Source: Nemertoderma westbladi
Lineage: Eukaryota; Animalia; Xenacoelomorpha
Direction: 5' to 3'
NCBI GenBank assembly: GCA_032718475.1
Contig: JAUCBJ010007683.1
Span: 1 to 53,669, forward strand
DNA: 53,669 nucleotides
Part shown: positions 22,850-34,564 of the stretch, one piece after another
Numbering within the stretch: the stretch's first letter is position 1
Layout of the letters: each line of letters starts with the position of its first letter
Position numbers and translations under genes: made by a program
Notes under the pieces: generated by a model
Seen by the model: only the letters and a program-made list of their open reading frames with translations
Databases searched by the model: none
Told to the model about the DNA's origin: nothing

Positions 22850-25800
22850 ATGAGTGACAAACAAGACTATACGAAGAATACACAAACCGACTATGACTCA
22901 TGCGACGGAGATAAGTCAGCAGCGGAAGAACAACAGGGGAAGACTCGCGAGCCTACCGAACCTACACCGTGTGCGTCACCAGTACATCCAACGGGAGTAC
23001 CGGATGCCGTAGTACGAGGTGACGGCAGGACCGAGGACTTTCTAACTGTTCCGCAACCTAGATATAGGGAAACGGACATGGTAAGTTCAGTAGGAAGCCA
23101 GGAGAGCGTAGTTAGAAGCGTCGGCGGTTACATGGCGCATATTACCAGAAGTATTGGAGAAGGCCAACGCATATTAGACGGGTTGACCGCTCCGATGTCT
23201 CGATTCGAGTTCTACACCCTCCAGGTTAGAGTACAGAGTAAAGTATATAAGTCCGTAGATAATCTAGTTGGCCTACAAGATCTAGCTAGACAGAGACAGG
23301 ACATGGATACTCAACTTAGAATCCTCGAGAAACTAATGATCGCTAGAGAGAAACTGATTCAGTTTAAGTCGACGATTAGACAGATACAACAGGAACAAGC
23401 GGACCAGTTGTTAGGTGAGTCAGTCTCGGACGAATTATTACAGCCCGAGGAAGAACAGGAATTGTACCGATTGGATGGACAATTGAAACATCTGACGGAC
23501 CACTTACGTATGTGCGGCGAAGACGTCAGCGATTCGGAAACCGTGCCGGAATATACGAGGGAAACTTCACCCGTACGAATCGAATCGGCACCGGGAATAC
23601 TGGACCAATCGTTAGTGAGTATTCGCAGCGAAATTGGCGAGATAAGTATAGTGACGTCAGAAATTTCCAGACAGCAACAACAGCACGACAGACAACAACG
23701 AGAAGCGGAGGAACAAGCACAACTGTTGACGGCACAAGCAGCGATGCAAGAAGAGAAACTACGCGTTGCGAATGTTGCAAGAATCTCTCATCTGCAAGAA
23801 CAAGCCGAGTTGGAAGCAGCTGAGATGGAAAGGTTGGAGCTAGAAATAGCACAGCGAACAGCGACAGCTGAGTTAGCGCAACAAGCGGCAGCAGCTGAGT
23901 TAGAACGACAAGCAGCAGCAGCGGAGTCGGAGCGACGAGCAGCAACAGCGGAACTAGAGCGACGAGCAGCGGAGTTGGAAGAACACAAGCGAGTTTCGGA
24001 GGCAAGAGCTGAAATGAAAAAACGGCAAATAAAGGCTCAATCAGCGATAAGACAAGCGGAGCTCGAGGCGCAACAACAACAGACGGAACAACGCGAGAAG
24101 GAAGTTAAACTTCATTTCGAACTCGGAAAGAAGGCGAGAGAATTAGCCAACGCGAAGGAAGATCTGGATCTACAAGCCCGCGATCGATCGATGAGATCTC
24201 GAGATGGACACGATCTAGACCAGTTAGAGGTAAGGCACCGCCAAATCCAGGAACGAATGAAGGAAGGTTCGGTAGGGGCACCTGGACGAGAAAGACAATT
24301 AGTTAAGGACTTATGTCAAAGATTCCCTCAGGTAACTCCTATGTTTGCACCTGTTACGACTAAGGAACCTGTTTCGATTGCTGGTAGCAGTGATATCTCT
24401 CCTATCCATGGTGTGACGGAACACAGGTTTGTTATTCCGGACAAGTTTATACCTTCAAGAGCAACGTCGTCGCCTATTCCGAAAGTCAAGGTAAGTAACC
24501 CGCCGATTACAGATCGTAGTAGTTTGTTGACTGGACCTGCACTACTGACGACTAAACAGGTGAGTCCACCGTCGACACCTAAACCTGTTACGCACTACGC
24601 TTACCCAATGACGTTTAGGCCAACAAGGCCTTTGGATTCAAATGCTGTTATTCGCCCACCGGTTCAGTTTACATCGCAATCTACGACTTCGAGGAAGACT
24701 TGTGAGCCTACCGAACAACGGAGACTAGTGGAAACGCGACCGTTCAACCAGTGTACATCGCAATCTACGACTTCGAGGAAGACTTGTGAGCCTACCGAAC
24801 AACGGAGAACAGCGACGCGACCGTTCAACCAATTTACATCGCAATCTACGACTTCGAGGAAGACTTGTGAGCCTACCGAACAACGGAGATCAGTGGACGA
24901 TGTTCCGAAGCGAAACGTTAGAATTCGTACGACGCAACGGACGCGAGCACGTCGACCACCATATCCAGATGATAGTAGTACTTCGAGCGAATCGGATTAC
25001 CCGAAACGCGAGGTATTTAGAACAGGGGCGGCCGATGAATACAAACGCGAGCGTTCAGACAACTCCTTTGCAGACAATCCTCCACAGAATACACCAACAC
25101 AGAAGGCGTTACAACCAACGGACGCAATTAGTACACAACAGTTCGCCGACATCCTGCGACCAGTTGTTAACAAGTTGGCTCAGATCGAGGAACGTCTGGA
25201 GGAAGGTTACACCGACAGTTCGAGAAATTCCGAATTCGAACACAATAGACACCCGAAGGAACCACAAAGACCGGTACCTTCAAACCCCACATCGTATCAG
25301 GGAAAAGCGCCAAGAAGGGATATCAACCAAGTTACCAACCAAGGACGCGAAACTCTGAACGTTGCCGAGGAGATAGCGAAATTCGCAGCCAGACAAGGAT
25401 TGCCGGTACAACAACCACCGAAGTTTTCTGGTAGCTCAAAACACTGGCATACTTTCGTAGACTATATCGAATCCCAGATCGCCGTGTGCGCCTTTACATC
25501 ACGGGAGAAGTTTAATTACCTGCTTCAAACGTTGTCAGGAGAACCTAAACGTTTGGCGGAGACTTTCGTCGGTGTACCGGACGCTTTCGAACTAGCGTAC
25601 GATCGTTTAACTTCGATATACGGAGGTACAGTTAGTATGGCCAGGTCAGTAATAGAGGAACTCTGTAAGGGAGGGGCTATCACTAAACCCGTCGACTTAT
25701 TAAAACTAGCTGACGAGATCAAGAACGCTATCACTACCTTAAGATCAATTGGACAACTTGATTACGGGAATACCCCTACAGTCCTATTAAAGATCATAGG

Positions 25801-28800
25801 ACGACTCCACCATCGACTTCGTCGGGAGTGGAGGAAGGTCGAATACCAGCGAGAAGAGCGGGGAGGATTCTTAAAATTAGAAGATGTGTACCTTTTAATA
25901 TCCAGGGAGGCAGTAGTAGAAACTAGATCTAACTACACCGACCAGCACATCGTGGCAGAAGGGATCACATTGCCATCCTCCAACCGACAAAAACCCCAGA
26001 CAACATCCACTAAGACGGCCACTTACACCACACCGACGGAATCACGACAATTCTCGGACGGTAGTAGGGTATCTGCGCCCATTGGGACAAAACAGACGAG
26101 ACAACAACTCGGTACCGACTTCAGCGGCTGCCAATACTGCGAGCATCTAGGCAAGCGGTATATCGGTCACAAGTTACGAGGTTGTCGACAATTTCGCGAG
26201 TTGAACTCGGAAGAACGAAGGCTGCAAATACGGCCACTGGACTCTTGTTGGCGGTGTACGCGACACGGACACGTCCGTAAAGATTGCCCAAATACCGACA
26301 CTTGTCCATCCTGTGGACGCAACCACGACGGTCTGCTCCACACAGACAGCCACACGCCGACAAAACGCTTCGCCAGGGAACACCCGGAAGCAGCAGCGAG
26401 ATGTGATGCGGCCTACCGAAAACGAGAATCTAAAACGACTCCAACCTTCGTGACCCATATTGAGGATTGCTTCTCAGAACAATCCGGATCGTCGGACGAA
26501 GAGTTAGAAGACGACGACGAATATTCCAATGGAGACGAACAACCGTCGATCGCGCTTCTGACTACTGACCAACTGAAGGGATTCAGTGTAATTCCGATTA
26601 AGGTTACTGGCACAAAAGGGAGCAAAAGAAACTACGCGATTCTAGATTCAGCCTCATCTCATAGCTACGTGGATGAAAAGATAGCTGACGTAGTGACGGA
26701 TCTTAAACAAGGTAAGCACGTCAGTTATACCGTAAGTAGTATGCACGGACAGCGTGCAATACCAGTGACACGAGTTAAGTTGGACTTAGACTCTCTTCTT
26801 CCGAAATCGCAACACAGCGAGAGGGAGAGGTCTTTGTTGCCCTTTAAAGATCTAACCTTTGCGGCTACGAAGGACTTTAGTAACCTACTAGGTCCAGTGC
26901 CGGAACAATCTCTAGAGGACCGTAAGTATTTCAGACACCTTGGTGTACCCGAATGTCCTGTCAATTATAGATCGGTAGCAATGCTGATCGGGACGGACCA
27001 ATTCAACCTACATCAGGTGTGGGAAACCAGACCATCGGCAGTCGTAGCGGGAAACGCATACGCCTGCAGAACGCCGATAGGGTGGTATACTCGAGCGCCT
27101 GTGCGCACACTAGACGTAAGTGACGAGGAAGACGATGTACAGAGTACATGTAGTTTATTAACTACAAATTCAATTCATTCCTTTTCACACGACGTGAACC
27201 ATACTACACTACAGTCGACAAAACATGACAGACGTGTAACTAGTATGATAAGTCACAAGGAGCAGCTAATCCACAAGGTGAGTTTAGAACTTGGGGAGAA
27301 GACGAGTCAGCTAGAGACTCCATCGACGACAGATGATAGGCTTGCGAGTCTACCTACCCCAACAACTTCAACAATACCCGTCGACATCGATGATGACGCG
27401 TTGAGAAATCATCAAATGGAACAAGCCGCTTTGGACAAAGAATTAACGGAGAAGACTATCAGGTGGTTAGAACAAGATACAGCTGAACCTGGTAGCTACG
27501 AACCTTGTATGTCGGAACAGGAGAAACAATCTCTGAAGATCATGGAAGATACTATCCACCAGACGAAGGACGGACATTATGAGGTAGGGATGTTATGGTG
27601 TAGCCAAAGTCCTAAACTTATAAACAACTACCCACTGGCTTTAAGACGTCTACACTCAATACGGCAACGTCTATTAAAGGACGAGAAGGCCCATCTGCAG
27701 TACAACACTCAGATGGAGACGTATTTGACAAAGGGATACGCTATCCGAATGACTAACCCGGAGATAGTGACTGACCAAACATATTACTTGCCACATCACT
27801 ATGTGAGACACCCCGACAAACCAGATAAAGTACGCGTAGTCAACGACTGTGCGGCTCTGTTTGAGGGAATGTCCCTCAATAGTGAGTTGATGGATGGACC
27901 AAACATGAATAATTATCTTATGGGGGTGATTATGCGCTTCCGTCAGCGTCAAGTAGCCTTTACTTGCGACATTGAAGCGATGTTTCACCAAGTGAAAGCG
28001 TTAGAGCGAGACAGAGACAGTTTGCGGTTCCTCTGGTATCCGGAAGGAGATTTAAGTCTACCACCGGCGACTTACCAAATGCAAGTTCGCGTTTTCGGTG
28101 CCAGAGACAGCCCAAATTGCACGATGTACGCCCTAAAGCAGGCCGCTAGAGATCAGAAACACCTATATGACCCAGAGATAATTAAAATCGTAGAACGTGA
28201 CTTTTACGTCGATGACGGTTTACAGAGTTGCGACACAGTAGAACGTGCTACAACAGTAGCACATCAATTACGGGACTGCTTAGCGAGCGGAGGTTTTAAC
28301 CTCACCAAATTCGCCTCAAACAGTGCCGAATTAGTAGACTCATTCGGGACGACTGAGCGTGGAGGTGGTGACATAGACCTAGAGTTCGAACCACTACCGA
28401 CGACTAAGGTGTTGGGGCTCTTTTGGGACCCAAACACAGACAACTTTCGAGTGAAAGTGAGACTGGACAGTCAAGAGAACACACTGACAAAGAGATCATG
28501 CTTGTCAAAGTTGAGCCGATTGTTCGATCCGTTAGGATTCATCAGTCCAGTGATACTGCAAGCCCGCATTTATATGCGCAGTATATGGAAGGATGGACTA
28601 ACATGGGACGAGCCGATCTCATCAGACCAAGTGGACTTATGGAAGACCTGGGAGGCGGAATTATCTTCGCTAGAGGATTATTCCATACCCAGGGTTTACT
28701 TTCCATTACAAAGTACATTTCCTGACAACTTGGAACTACACTGTTTTTCTGACGCCAGTGACAACGGTTTTGGTGTGGCAGCGTACTTGCGCAGACAAGT

Positions 28801-31585
28801 AGAATCAGACGAGTTCGATGTTTCGCTCATTACTTCTAAGGCTAAGACCATGCCTACTAAGTATATGACGACACCACGAGCCGAGCTACAAGCCGCAACC
28901 CTGTCAACCACCATCGTGAACCTCATACAGACAGAACTACAGTCGAGTTTACAGATATTTTATTGGACTGACGCGACGTTGGTTTTATTTTACATAAACA
29001 ACGACACACTCGAATTCAAGACATTCGTAGCTAACCGTCGCGCGGAAATTCTAGACCGTTCAATAAAAGAGGATTGGCGACATTGTCCCGGACCACAAAA
29101 CCCAGCTGATATTGCGTCGCGAGGAATGATGCCTGAGGAATTCTGTAAACCGGAGAACAAAGAATTTTGGCAACACGGACCCCAATTCTTGCAGAAATCG
29201 ACACAAGATTGGCCTCCGTTATACGACAACAAATCCAACACTATCCCTAAGGACGCCGAAATCAAGAAACCAAAAAAGGGGAAGACAAAGAAAAAGACGA
29301 CGGCGGCAAAACTCAAGAAAAAACCAAAGGCGAAATGGAAAGATATAACTTCAAAGGTCAAGAGAGGAAGACTTGCGAGCCTTTCTAAACCAGACATATC
29401 GCCAGACGGTCAACCAGACACGTTACTAGACGGTCAACCAGACATTCTACCAGACACTAGTGACATACTGACAAACAGTAAAGCCGCAGTTTCCCTATTG
29501 GAGCGGCCTTCTATTGACAAACAACCAGATACGTTACCAGACGTATCGCCAGACACATTACTAGACAGTCGACTAGACATTTTGTCAGAAACATCACAAA
29601 ATGTTCTACCGGACATTAGTAATTTATCGACTAACAGTAAAGCCGCAGTTTCCCTATTGGAGCGGCCTTGTATTGACAAACTACCAATTTTGACACACTT
29701 GAGCAACCATAAGCACGGTGAAACCTCATGTATTACAGATGTGGGTAGTACCTACGCTAATGTAAATACAGGTGTTACTTTGCGCTCAAGAGACATACCG
29801 AACTTGCAACCTATGGTGAAACCTGGGATTAATATCGGCAGAAAAATTAGTTTACCGAAACCCACTGATCCCATAGAGTTCAAACCACCATTAACGATCG
29901 ACTTACAAAGTACCGACAATCAAGGTAAGAAGACAAAGAAGGACAAATTACTTGTAGACCCGGACGGATCAACAGTCAACAAGGGAATACCTACCGGCGG
30001 ACCCGTGGGCCCTTCTAGTAATTCAAAACCTTCCAAAATCTCAATTGACTTACCTGATGACGTCACAAATACTCATGTCGACCGTATTGTAAACCTAACA
30101 GATTCTTGGACAAACGCTTGCCGAAAATTAGCGTGGATTGTACGTTTTGTACAATACGTTAAAGGCAAACGTGACTTTACACGTCGACTTACATTGGCTG
30201 AGATTGACAGGTGTGAAATTAAATTAATTCGCCATTACCAACTGCGATATTTCGCGCGCGAATTCACATCCATAAATCAAGGTCAACCAATCAAGTCGTC
30301 ACCAATATTGAGTTGGAGTCCGATTATTTATAATGGCTTAATTTGTCATAAATCTCGGCTTCAAAACATTGACTTTAACACAAACTTTAGGTACCCAATA
30401 ATAATACCGCAACATCACGAACTACAACGTGCAATGATACTGGATGCACATTTACATCTGAAACACGCTGGAAGACACCACTGTCTTTCCTACTTACGTA
30501 CTAGATTTGTATTAATTAGACCCAGTAAAGCATTAAGTTCAGTGACACGTATGTGTATTATTTGTAAAAAGGTACATTCTAGAATAGGTACCCAAGAAAT
30601 GAGTGAACTACCACAAGCACGACTTCAAGCATTCAGACCACCTTTTACCGAGACTGGAATTGATTGCTTTGGTCCCATACATACGAAACGTGGACGTATA
30701 CTAGTAAAACGCTGGGGACTGATTTTCACATGTATGTCCAGTAGGGCAGTTCATATTGAACGTGTGATGGATCTTTCCACCAACGCGTTTATACTAGCAC
30801 TGCGGCGATTTATCGCTAGACGCGGACTAGTAAAATGCTTGTACTCAGACCAAGGGACAAACTTTGTTGGTGCTCGGAATGAGATTGCTAGAGCCTTTAA
30901 AAAATTAGATCACGATCAAATCTCGAACGAACTGCAACCTCACAAGATTGTTTGGAAGTTCAATCCTCCAGATAGTCCTTGGAGAGGCGGAGTCTGGGAG
31001 AGATTGATTAGATCTATAAAGACAGCCATGGCAAAAGTCATTCCAGTAAACCACATACTGACAGACGACCAACTGACAACATTGTTTGTTGAAATCGAGG
31101 CAATACTAAATACTAGACCAATAGTATTAGTACCCGATGACAAACAATCTCAATTTGCTTTAACACCGGCACACCTGCTTATGCAGGCACCGACTACTTT
31201 GACGCCGATTTCTATTCCAATAGAAAGCGACAGCTACGGTAGAAAAGCGTGGAAAATCACGCAACTACTGGCTAACAAATTCTGGGAAATATGGCAAAAC
31301 CATTATTTGCCCTCTATTTCTGCCAGAACAACTTGGTACAATAACACCCGCGCATTAAAGCCGGGAGATCACGTGCTGTTAGCGGAAGTGAATCTAAAAA
31401 GACGCTTCTGGATAACAGGTGTAATTTTAGCCACACATCCATCTATGGATGGAGTGACAAGGACTGTGACGGTACGGACAATTGACGGTCGTACAGTAGA
31501 CAGACCGACTCAACGTCTCGTACTTCTGGAAGAGACTCGTAACGAGTCTGGAGACTACAAATCTCCACCTAATACTAGTAAATAA
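22850..31585 (+). CDS. BEL/Pao Gag-Pol polyprotein, 2911 aa, intact
   Basis: Coiled-coil N-terminus; Gag core PPKFSG..HW..F...EKFNYLLQ; three BEL-type Cys/His knuckles; protease YAILDSAS; RT YLPHH, DIEAMFHQV, FYVDD; RNase H LHCFSDAS, PRAEL, WTDA, NPAD; integrase HHCC, GIDCFGP, SDQGTNF, GGVWERLI. Confidence 0.97.
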   Translation: MSDKQDYTKNTQTDYDSCDGDKSAAEEQQGKTREPTEPTPCASPVHPTGVPDAVVRGDGRTEDFLTVPQPRYRETDMVSSVGSQESVVRSVGGYMAHITRSIGEGQRILDGLTAPMSRFEFYTLQVRVQSKVYKSVDNLVGLQDLARQRQDMDTQLRILEKLMIAREKLIQFKSTIRQIQQEQADQLLGESVSDELLQPEEEQELYRLDGQLKHLTDHLRMCGEDVSDSETVPEYTRETSPVRIESAPGILDQSLVSIRSEIGEISIVTSEISRQQQQHDRQQREAEEQAQLLTAQAAMQEEKLRVANVARISHLQEQAELEAAEMERLELEIAQRTATAELAQQAAAAELERQAAAAESERRAATAELERRAAELEEHKRVSEARAEMKKRQIKAQSAIRQAELEAQQQQTEQREKEVKLHFELGKKARELANAKEDLDLQARDRSMRSRDGHDLDQLEVRHRQIQERMKEGSVGAPGRERQLVKDLCQRFPQVTPMFAPVTTKEPVSIAGSSDISPIHGVTEHRFVIPDKFIPSRATSSPIPKVKVSNPPITDRSSLLTGPALLTTKQVSPPSTPKPVTHYAYPMTFRPTRPLDSNAVIRPPVQFTSQSTTSRKTCEPTEQRRLVETRPFNQCTSQSTTSRKTCEPTEQRRTATRPFNQFTSQSTTSRKTCEPTEQRRSVDDVPKRNVRIRTTQRTRARRPPYPDDSSTSSESDYPKREVFRTGAADEYKRERSDNSFADNPPQNTPTQKALQPTDAISTQQFADILRPVVNKLAQIEERLEEGYTDSSRNSEFEHNRHPKEPQRPVPSNPTSYQGKAPRRDINQVTNQGRETLNVAEEIAKFAARQGLPVQQPPKFSGSSKHWHTFVDYIESQIAVCAFTSREKFNYLLQTLSGEPKRLAETFVGVPDAFELAYDRLTSIYGGTVSMARSVIEELCKGGAITKPVDLLKLADEIKNAITTLRSIGQLDYGNTPTVLLKIIGRLHHRLRREWRKVEYQREERGGFLKLEDVYLLISREAVVETRSNYTDQHIVAEGITLPSSNRQKPQTTSTKTATYTTPTESRQFSDGSRVSAPIGTKQTRQQLGTDFSGCQYCEHLGKRYIGHKLRGCRQFRELNSEERRLQIRPLDSCWRCTRHGHVRKDCPNTDTCPSCGRNHDGLLHTDSHTPTKRFAREHPEAAARCDAAYRKRESKTTPTFVTHIEDCFSEQSGSSDEELEDDDEYSNGDEQPSIALLTTDQLKGFSVIPIKVTGTKGSKRNYAILDSASSHSYVDEKIADVVTDLKQGKHVSYTVSSMHGQRAIPVTRVKLDLDSLLPKSQHSERERSLLPFKDLTFAATKDFSNLLGPVPEQSLEDRKYFRHLGVPECPVNYRSVAMLIGTDQFNLHQVWETRPSAVVAGNAYACRTPIGWYTRAPVRTLDVSDEEDDVQSTCSLLTTNSIHSFSHDVNHTTLQSTKHDRRVTSMISHKEQLIHKVSLELGEKTSQLETPSTTDDRLASLPTPTTSTIPVDIDDDALRNHQMEQAALDKELTEKTIRWLEQDTAEPGSYEPCMSEQEKQSLKIMEDTIHQTKDGHYEVGMLWCSQSPKLINNYPLALRRLHSIRQRLLKDEKAHLQYNTQMETYLTKGYAIRMTNPEIVTDQTYYLPHHYVRHPDKPDKVRVVNDCAALFEGMSLNSELMDGPNMNNYLMGVIMRFRQRQVAFTCDIEAMFHQVKALERDRDSLRFLWYPEGDLSLPPATYQMQVRVFGARDSPNCTMYALKQAARDQKHLYDPEIIKIVERDFYVDDGLQSCDTVERATTVAHQLRDCLASGGFNLTKFASNSAELVDSFGTTERGGGDIDLEFEPLPTTKVLGLFWDPNTDNFRVKVRLDSQENTLTKRSCLSKLSRLFDPLGFISPVILQARIYMRSIWKDGLTWDEPISSDQVDLWKTWEAELSSLEDYSIPRVYFPLQSTFPDNLELHCFSDASDNGFGVAAYLRRQVESDEFDVSLITSKAKTMPTKYMTTPRAELQAATLSTTIVNLIQTELQSSLQIFYWTDATLVLFYINNDTLEFKTFVANRRAEILDRSIKEDWRHCPGPQNPADIASRGMMPEEFCKPENKEFWQHGPQFLQKSTQDWPPLYDNKSNTIPKDAEIKKPKKGKTKKKTTAAKLKKKPKAKWKDITSKVKRGRLASLSKPDISPDGQPDTLLDGQPDILPDTSDILTNSKAAVSLLERPSIDKQPDTLPDVSPDTLLDSRLDILSETSQNVLPDISNLSTNSKAAVSLLERPCIDKLPILTHLSNHKHGETSCITDVGSTYANVNTGVTLRSRDIPNLQPMVKPGINIGRKISLPKPTDPIEFKPPLTIDLQSTDNQGKKTKKDKLLVDPDGSTVNKGIPTGGPVGPSSNSKPSKISIDLPDDVTNTHVDRIVNLTDSWTNACRKLAWIVRFVQYVKGKRDFTRRLTLAEIDRCEIKLIRHYQLRYFAREFTSINQGQPIKSSPILSWSPIIYNGLICHKSRLQNIDFNTNFRYPIIIPQHHELQRAMILDAHLHLKHAGRHHCLSYLRTRFVLIRPSKALSSVTRMCIICKKVHSRIGTQEMSELPQARLQAFRPPFTETGIDCFGPIHTKRGRILVKRWGLIFTCMSSRAVHIERVMDLSTNAFILALRRFIARRGLVKCLYSDQGTNFVGARNEIARAFKKLDHDQISNELQPHKIVWKFNPPDSPWRGGVWERLIRSIKTAMAKVIPVNHILTDDQLTTLFVEIEAILNTRPIVLVPDDKQSQFALTPAHLLMQAPTTLTPISIPIESDSYGRKAWKITQLLANKFWEIWQNHYLPSISARTTWYNNTRALKPGDHVLLAEVNLKRRFWITGVILATHPSMDGVTRTVTVRTIDGRTVDRPTQRLVLLEETRNESGDYKSPPNTSK

Positions 31586-32245
31586 TTAGGAGTTTACAAA
31601 TAGATTTCCACGTACCTGTACACCGTAGTAAGGACAGCGGTAGAATTCCATTGTCTTTATATGTGAACATTGAGGGTAGTACCCTTATGTGTCACATAGG
31701 AGCGGGATTTGTAGGTATAAGAAATGGAATTCTACTTGGAACTCACAATATTGAGACATTTTCAAAATTTTAGACAATCCATTTGGATTTGAAAAATTTT
31801 TAAAATTTTCTCCAGTGAATAGATTTCAGGGTACAGTCGGGTGGAACTTAAAATTAGAGAAACAAGAGAGGAAGACGTGCGAGCCTTTCTTAAAAATTTT
31901 TAATTAAATTTTACACGGTCTTGTTTCAATAAGTTACGTCAAAATAGACTCCCCTATATTTATTACTAATTCTTGATTGCTTATTTTCTGATAATAGTTT
32001 GGGATCAAAAAGTGAGTATTTTAGACTCACAGCCAGTTTAGCCCAAATTCGTTTTTACTTCGGCAAAAAATTTTAGATAAGAAGCAGCGTGTCATTAAAG
32101 AAACCCTAGATCTTAGGCTATGGGTAGGAGGTTAGAGCGTTGTCGAGCCCAAAGGGCAGACGAAACTCTCACGTCTCCTCACAACTAACTACAAACTCTG
32201 TTGTATTCCCTCTAGTAGTAATGATTATGTAACTACACCCTAATT

Positions 32246-34564
32246 ATGGAGAAAGGGATACAAGGAGAGCCGAGATGGGGATATGATATCCAAGAGGAGG
32301 CAGCAGCGCCATTCGAAAGATTTGGAGCCAAGGACTATACTATATTTGGTATAAAGGAATTATCGGAAAGTACAGCGAAACTCGCAAAGACTAAATATGA
32401 ATGACTCGAACGTATTAAAGAGAAGGCAAAACGCATTAAACGAAAGAATCGAAAGTTTGCGCCAAACCTTCAACGAACTTTACCCGTACGACGCTTTGTG
32501 TGATACGGGAGACATTAGCGAAGACCCCGATACTGAAATTAGTCGTTTGCATCATACCATGCAATACCTGAAGGCGCACGAACCTATGCCCGCGGTACGC
32601 GATGAATTCGATGGAATGCATCTTTACAGACGAACTCGAGGAGACGATAGAGAAACCAAGGAAGCATTTTCGGTTTATAAACTTTATTATCAATGCGGTT
32701 CTTGTATGCGCGAACAACGAAATGCGATTCCGATGCGTTTGAATAAGGAAAATCCCGAACCGATATTGGCAAGGTGTTCGAATCATCAACAACTACGCTA
32801 CCAGGAAGGAGGGTATCCTTTATCGAATCCATATCATTCGTTTGCTATGACCGGACCAAAGGCGGGAGAAACTGTCATTTACCCACCTAAGGTCGTTGAA
32901 CCCGATGTATTTGAACTTACGCTGGACGAGGCAAATCAGTCAACCCGCGAAAAGAAAGAAGCTCTTAGCCTATACAGAGCCTACAAGGCTTTCGAGAAAG
33001 GTGAGATGGAAGAATGGGGCGGAAGACTCGCGAGCCTACCTTACCATTGGACGTCACACGATCAAACTTCAGCTAAAGAGATGACACCGGAAGTTTTCGA
33101 GAGCATAAACTTTGCTCAAAACGTATCGTGGAGATTATGGATGAATCACGGCAGACGCGCGCGCCTATCGGTCACCTTGGTGATGATTTCGAAGTAACTA
33201 CTACGATCACTGACGATCCTTTAGAAGAACTTCTTGAGATAGAAAGGAACCTCCCGAAGAAATCTCAGACGGAGATTCGACAACTTGAAGCAACAGATGC
33301 TATAGTTTGTATACAACCTTCAGAAACCTACCAACCCATAGACCCAGATGATTACGATTATAGTATGGGAGGAAGCGCTCGACCGATTGGAGATCTTATA
33401 TACGAACGAGTGTGGTACCCTGCCAATACGATGTGTAGTAAATGTGGCGTCGCTGGACATCATATGACAAAGTGCAGTGGAAAGCACATTACTACGACTC
33501 AGCTAATCTGTGGATGGTGTGGGGATCAAGGGTCTCATACCTTTTATACTTGCTGGAGATTTATGGCTCAATGTACTTACTGCAATATAAAAGGACATCG
33601 AGCATCTGAATGCCAACTAAGAGACATACCTTATGAACACGAATCTGTAAAACTCGTGAGGAAATTATTTGATGAGTGGGAAGATTTAGCCGACGAACAT
33701 GTATCGGCACAAAGAAGACGGTTTCCGATGAGGGCGCATCTTGGATTTTGGGCGGTAAATCCTCAAACGATGATGTCGGAAGGATATATCTCCGCTATGC
33801 CCCAATATGACGAACTTATCGAGGTAGTCGATATTTTGCCCCACGACAGCGGATTCCGAGTGGTGCGCGAGTATCTACTACAGATTCACCCGGATAACAA
33901 AAACACGTGGAATTTTCAGAAAGTCGTTAATCGGATTACGTATGGTGAATTCGATCGTTTCCGAACTGAAAAGCGGAACAAAGGAGCTTGGTTAACCGTC
34001 GCATGGGCGTACCGAGCCGCGTTTTACCATAAACGTATACGAGCGAGCGTATTCGAGGAAGAGGAGGTCCTAGAGGCGACAAATATACCAGCCACTCCGG
34101 TTGCGCCGTCTGCACGTCACCCTCGGGAGGACGGACAGGGTAGGATCATACGGGTCCAGAAAGTGGGCCAACAATTAAAGAAAATTATTAATGTAGAAGA
34201 ACGCAAGGGAGTTGAGCCGACCATTCGAGTTACTCGGGATACGGTATCACTTCCAAGAGAACCAGTAGGAGGATCGGGACATACACCAGCTGATCAACAG
34301 GGGGCGCAAGCTACTCTTGGGTCTGCGTTGTCCACTTCTCGCGCGTTCCCAGACGTTCTACCAACTGTAGTGACAACTAATCGGTCACGAGGAATCGGTC
34401 GAGGTTTTGGGATGCCAAATAGACGAATTTGCGAGGAAGTAGTCGCACCGTCTCTCAACGTCCCAAGTAAACCAGTGACTCGCCCCATTAGTCCCATATC
34501 GCGAGCAAAGTCACCTGTGCGCAGTTTTCGAGGACGCGGCAGGGCTCGATCTACTAAGCGATAA
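32246..34564 (+). pseudogene. Accessory ORF2 of copy 1, disrupted (4-bp ATGA duplication at ~32397; 1411-bp deletion at 33120-33124 removes the exonuclease domain)
   Basis: Colinear with 44829-48552 except for the segment between the two AACGT repeats (45699 and 47110); keeps the three CCHC knuckles and the RG-rich tail. Confidence 0.9.

Noticed and set aside
22891-31143. Many antisense and alternate-frame ORFs overlapping gag-pol and ORF2
   Set aside because: Short shadows of long coding regions with no recognisable domains.
32130-32180. Hammerhead-like GCCC-AAA-GGGC...GACGAAAC upstream of ORF2
   Set aside because: Lacks the CUGANGA core; reads as a simple bulged hairpin.
32246-34564. env gene
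   Set aside because: No signal peptide or transmembrane helix is evident; it has nucleic-acid-binding knuckles and, in copy 2, an exonuclease domain.
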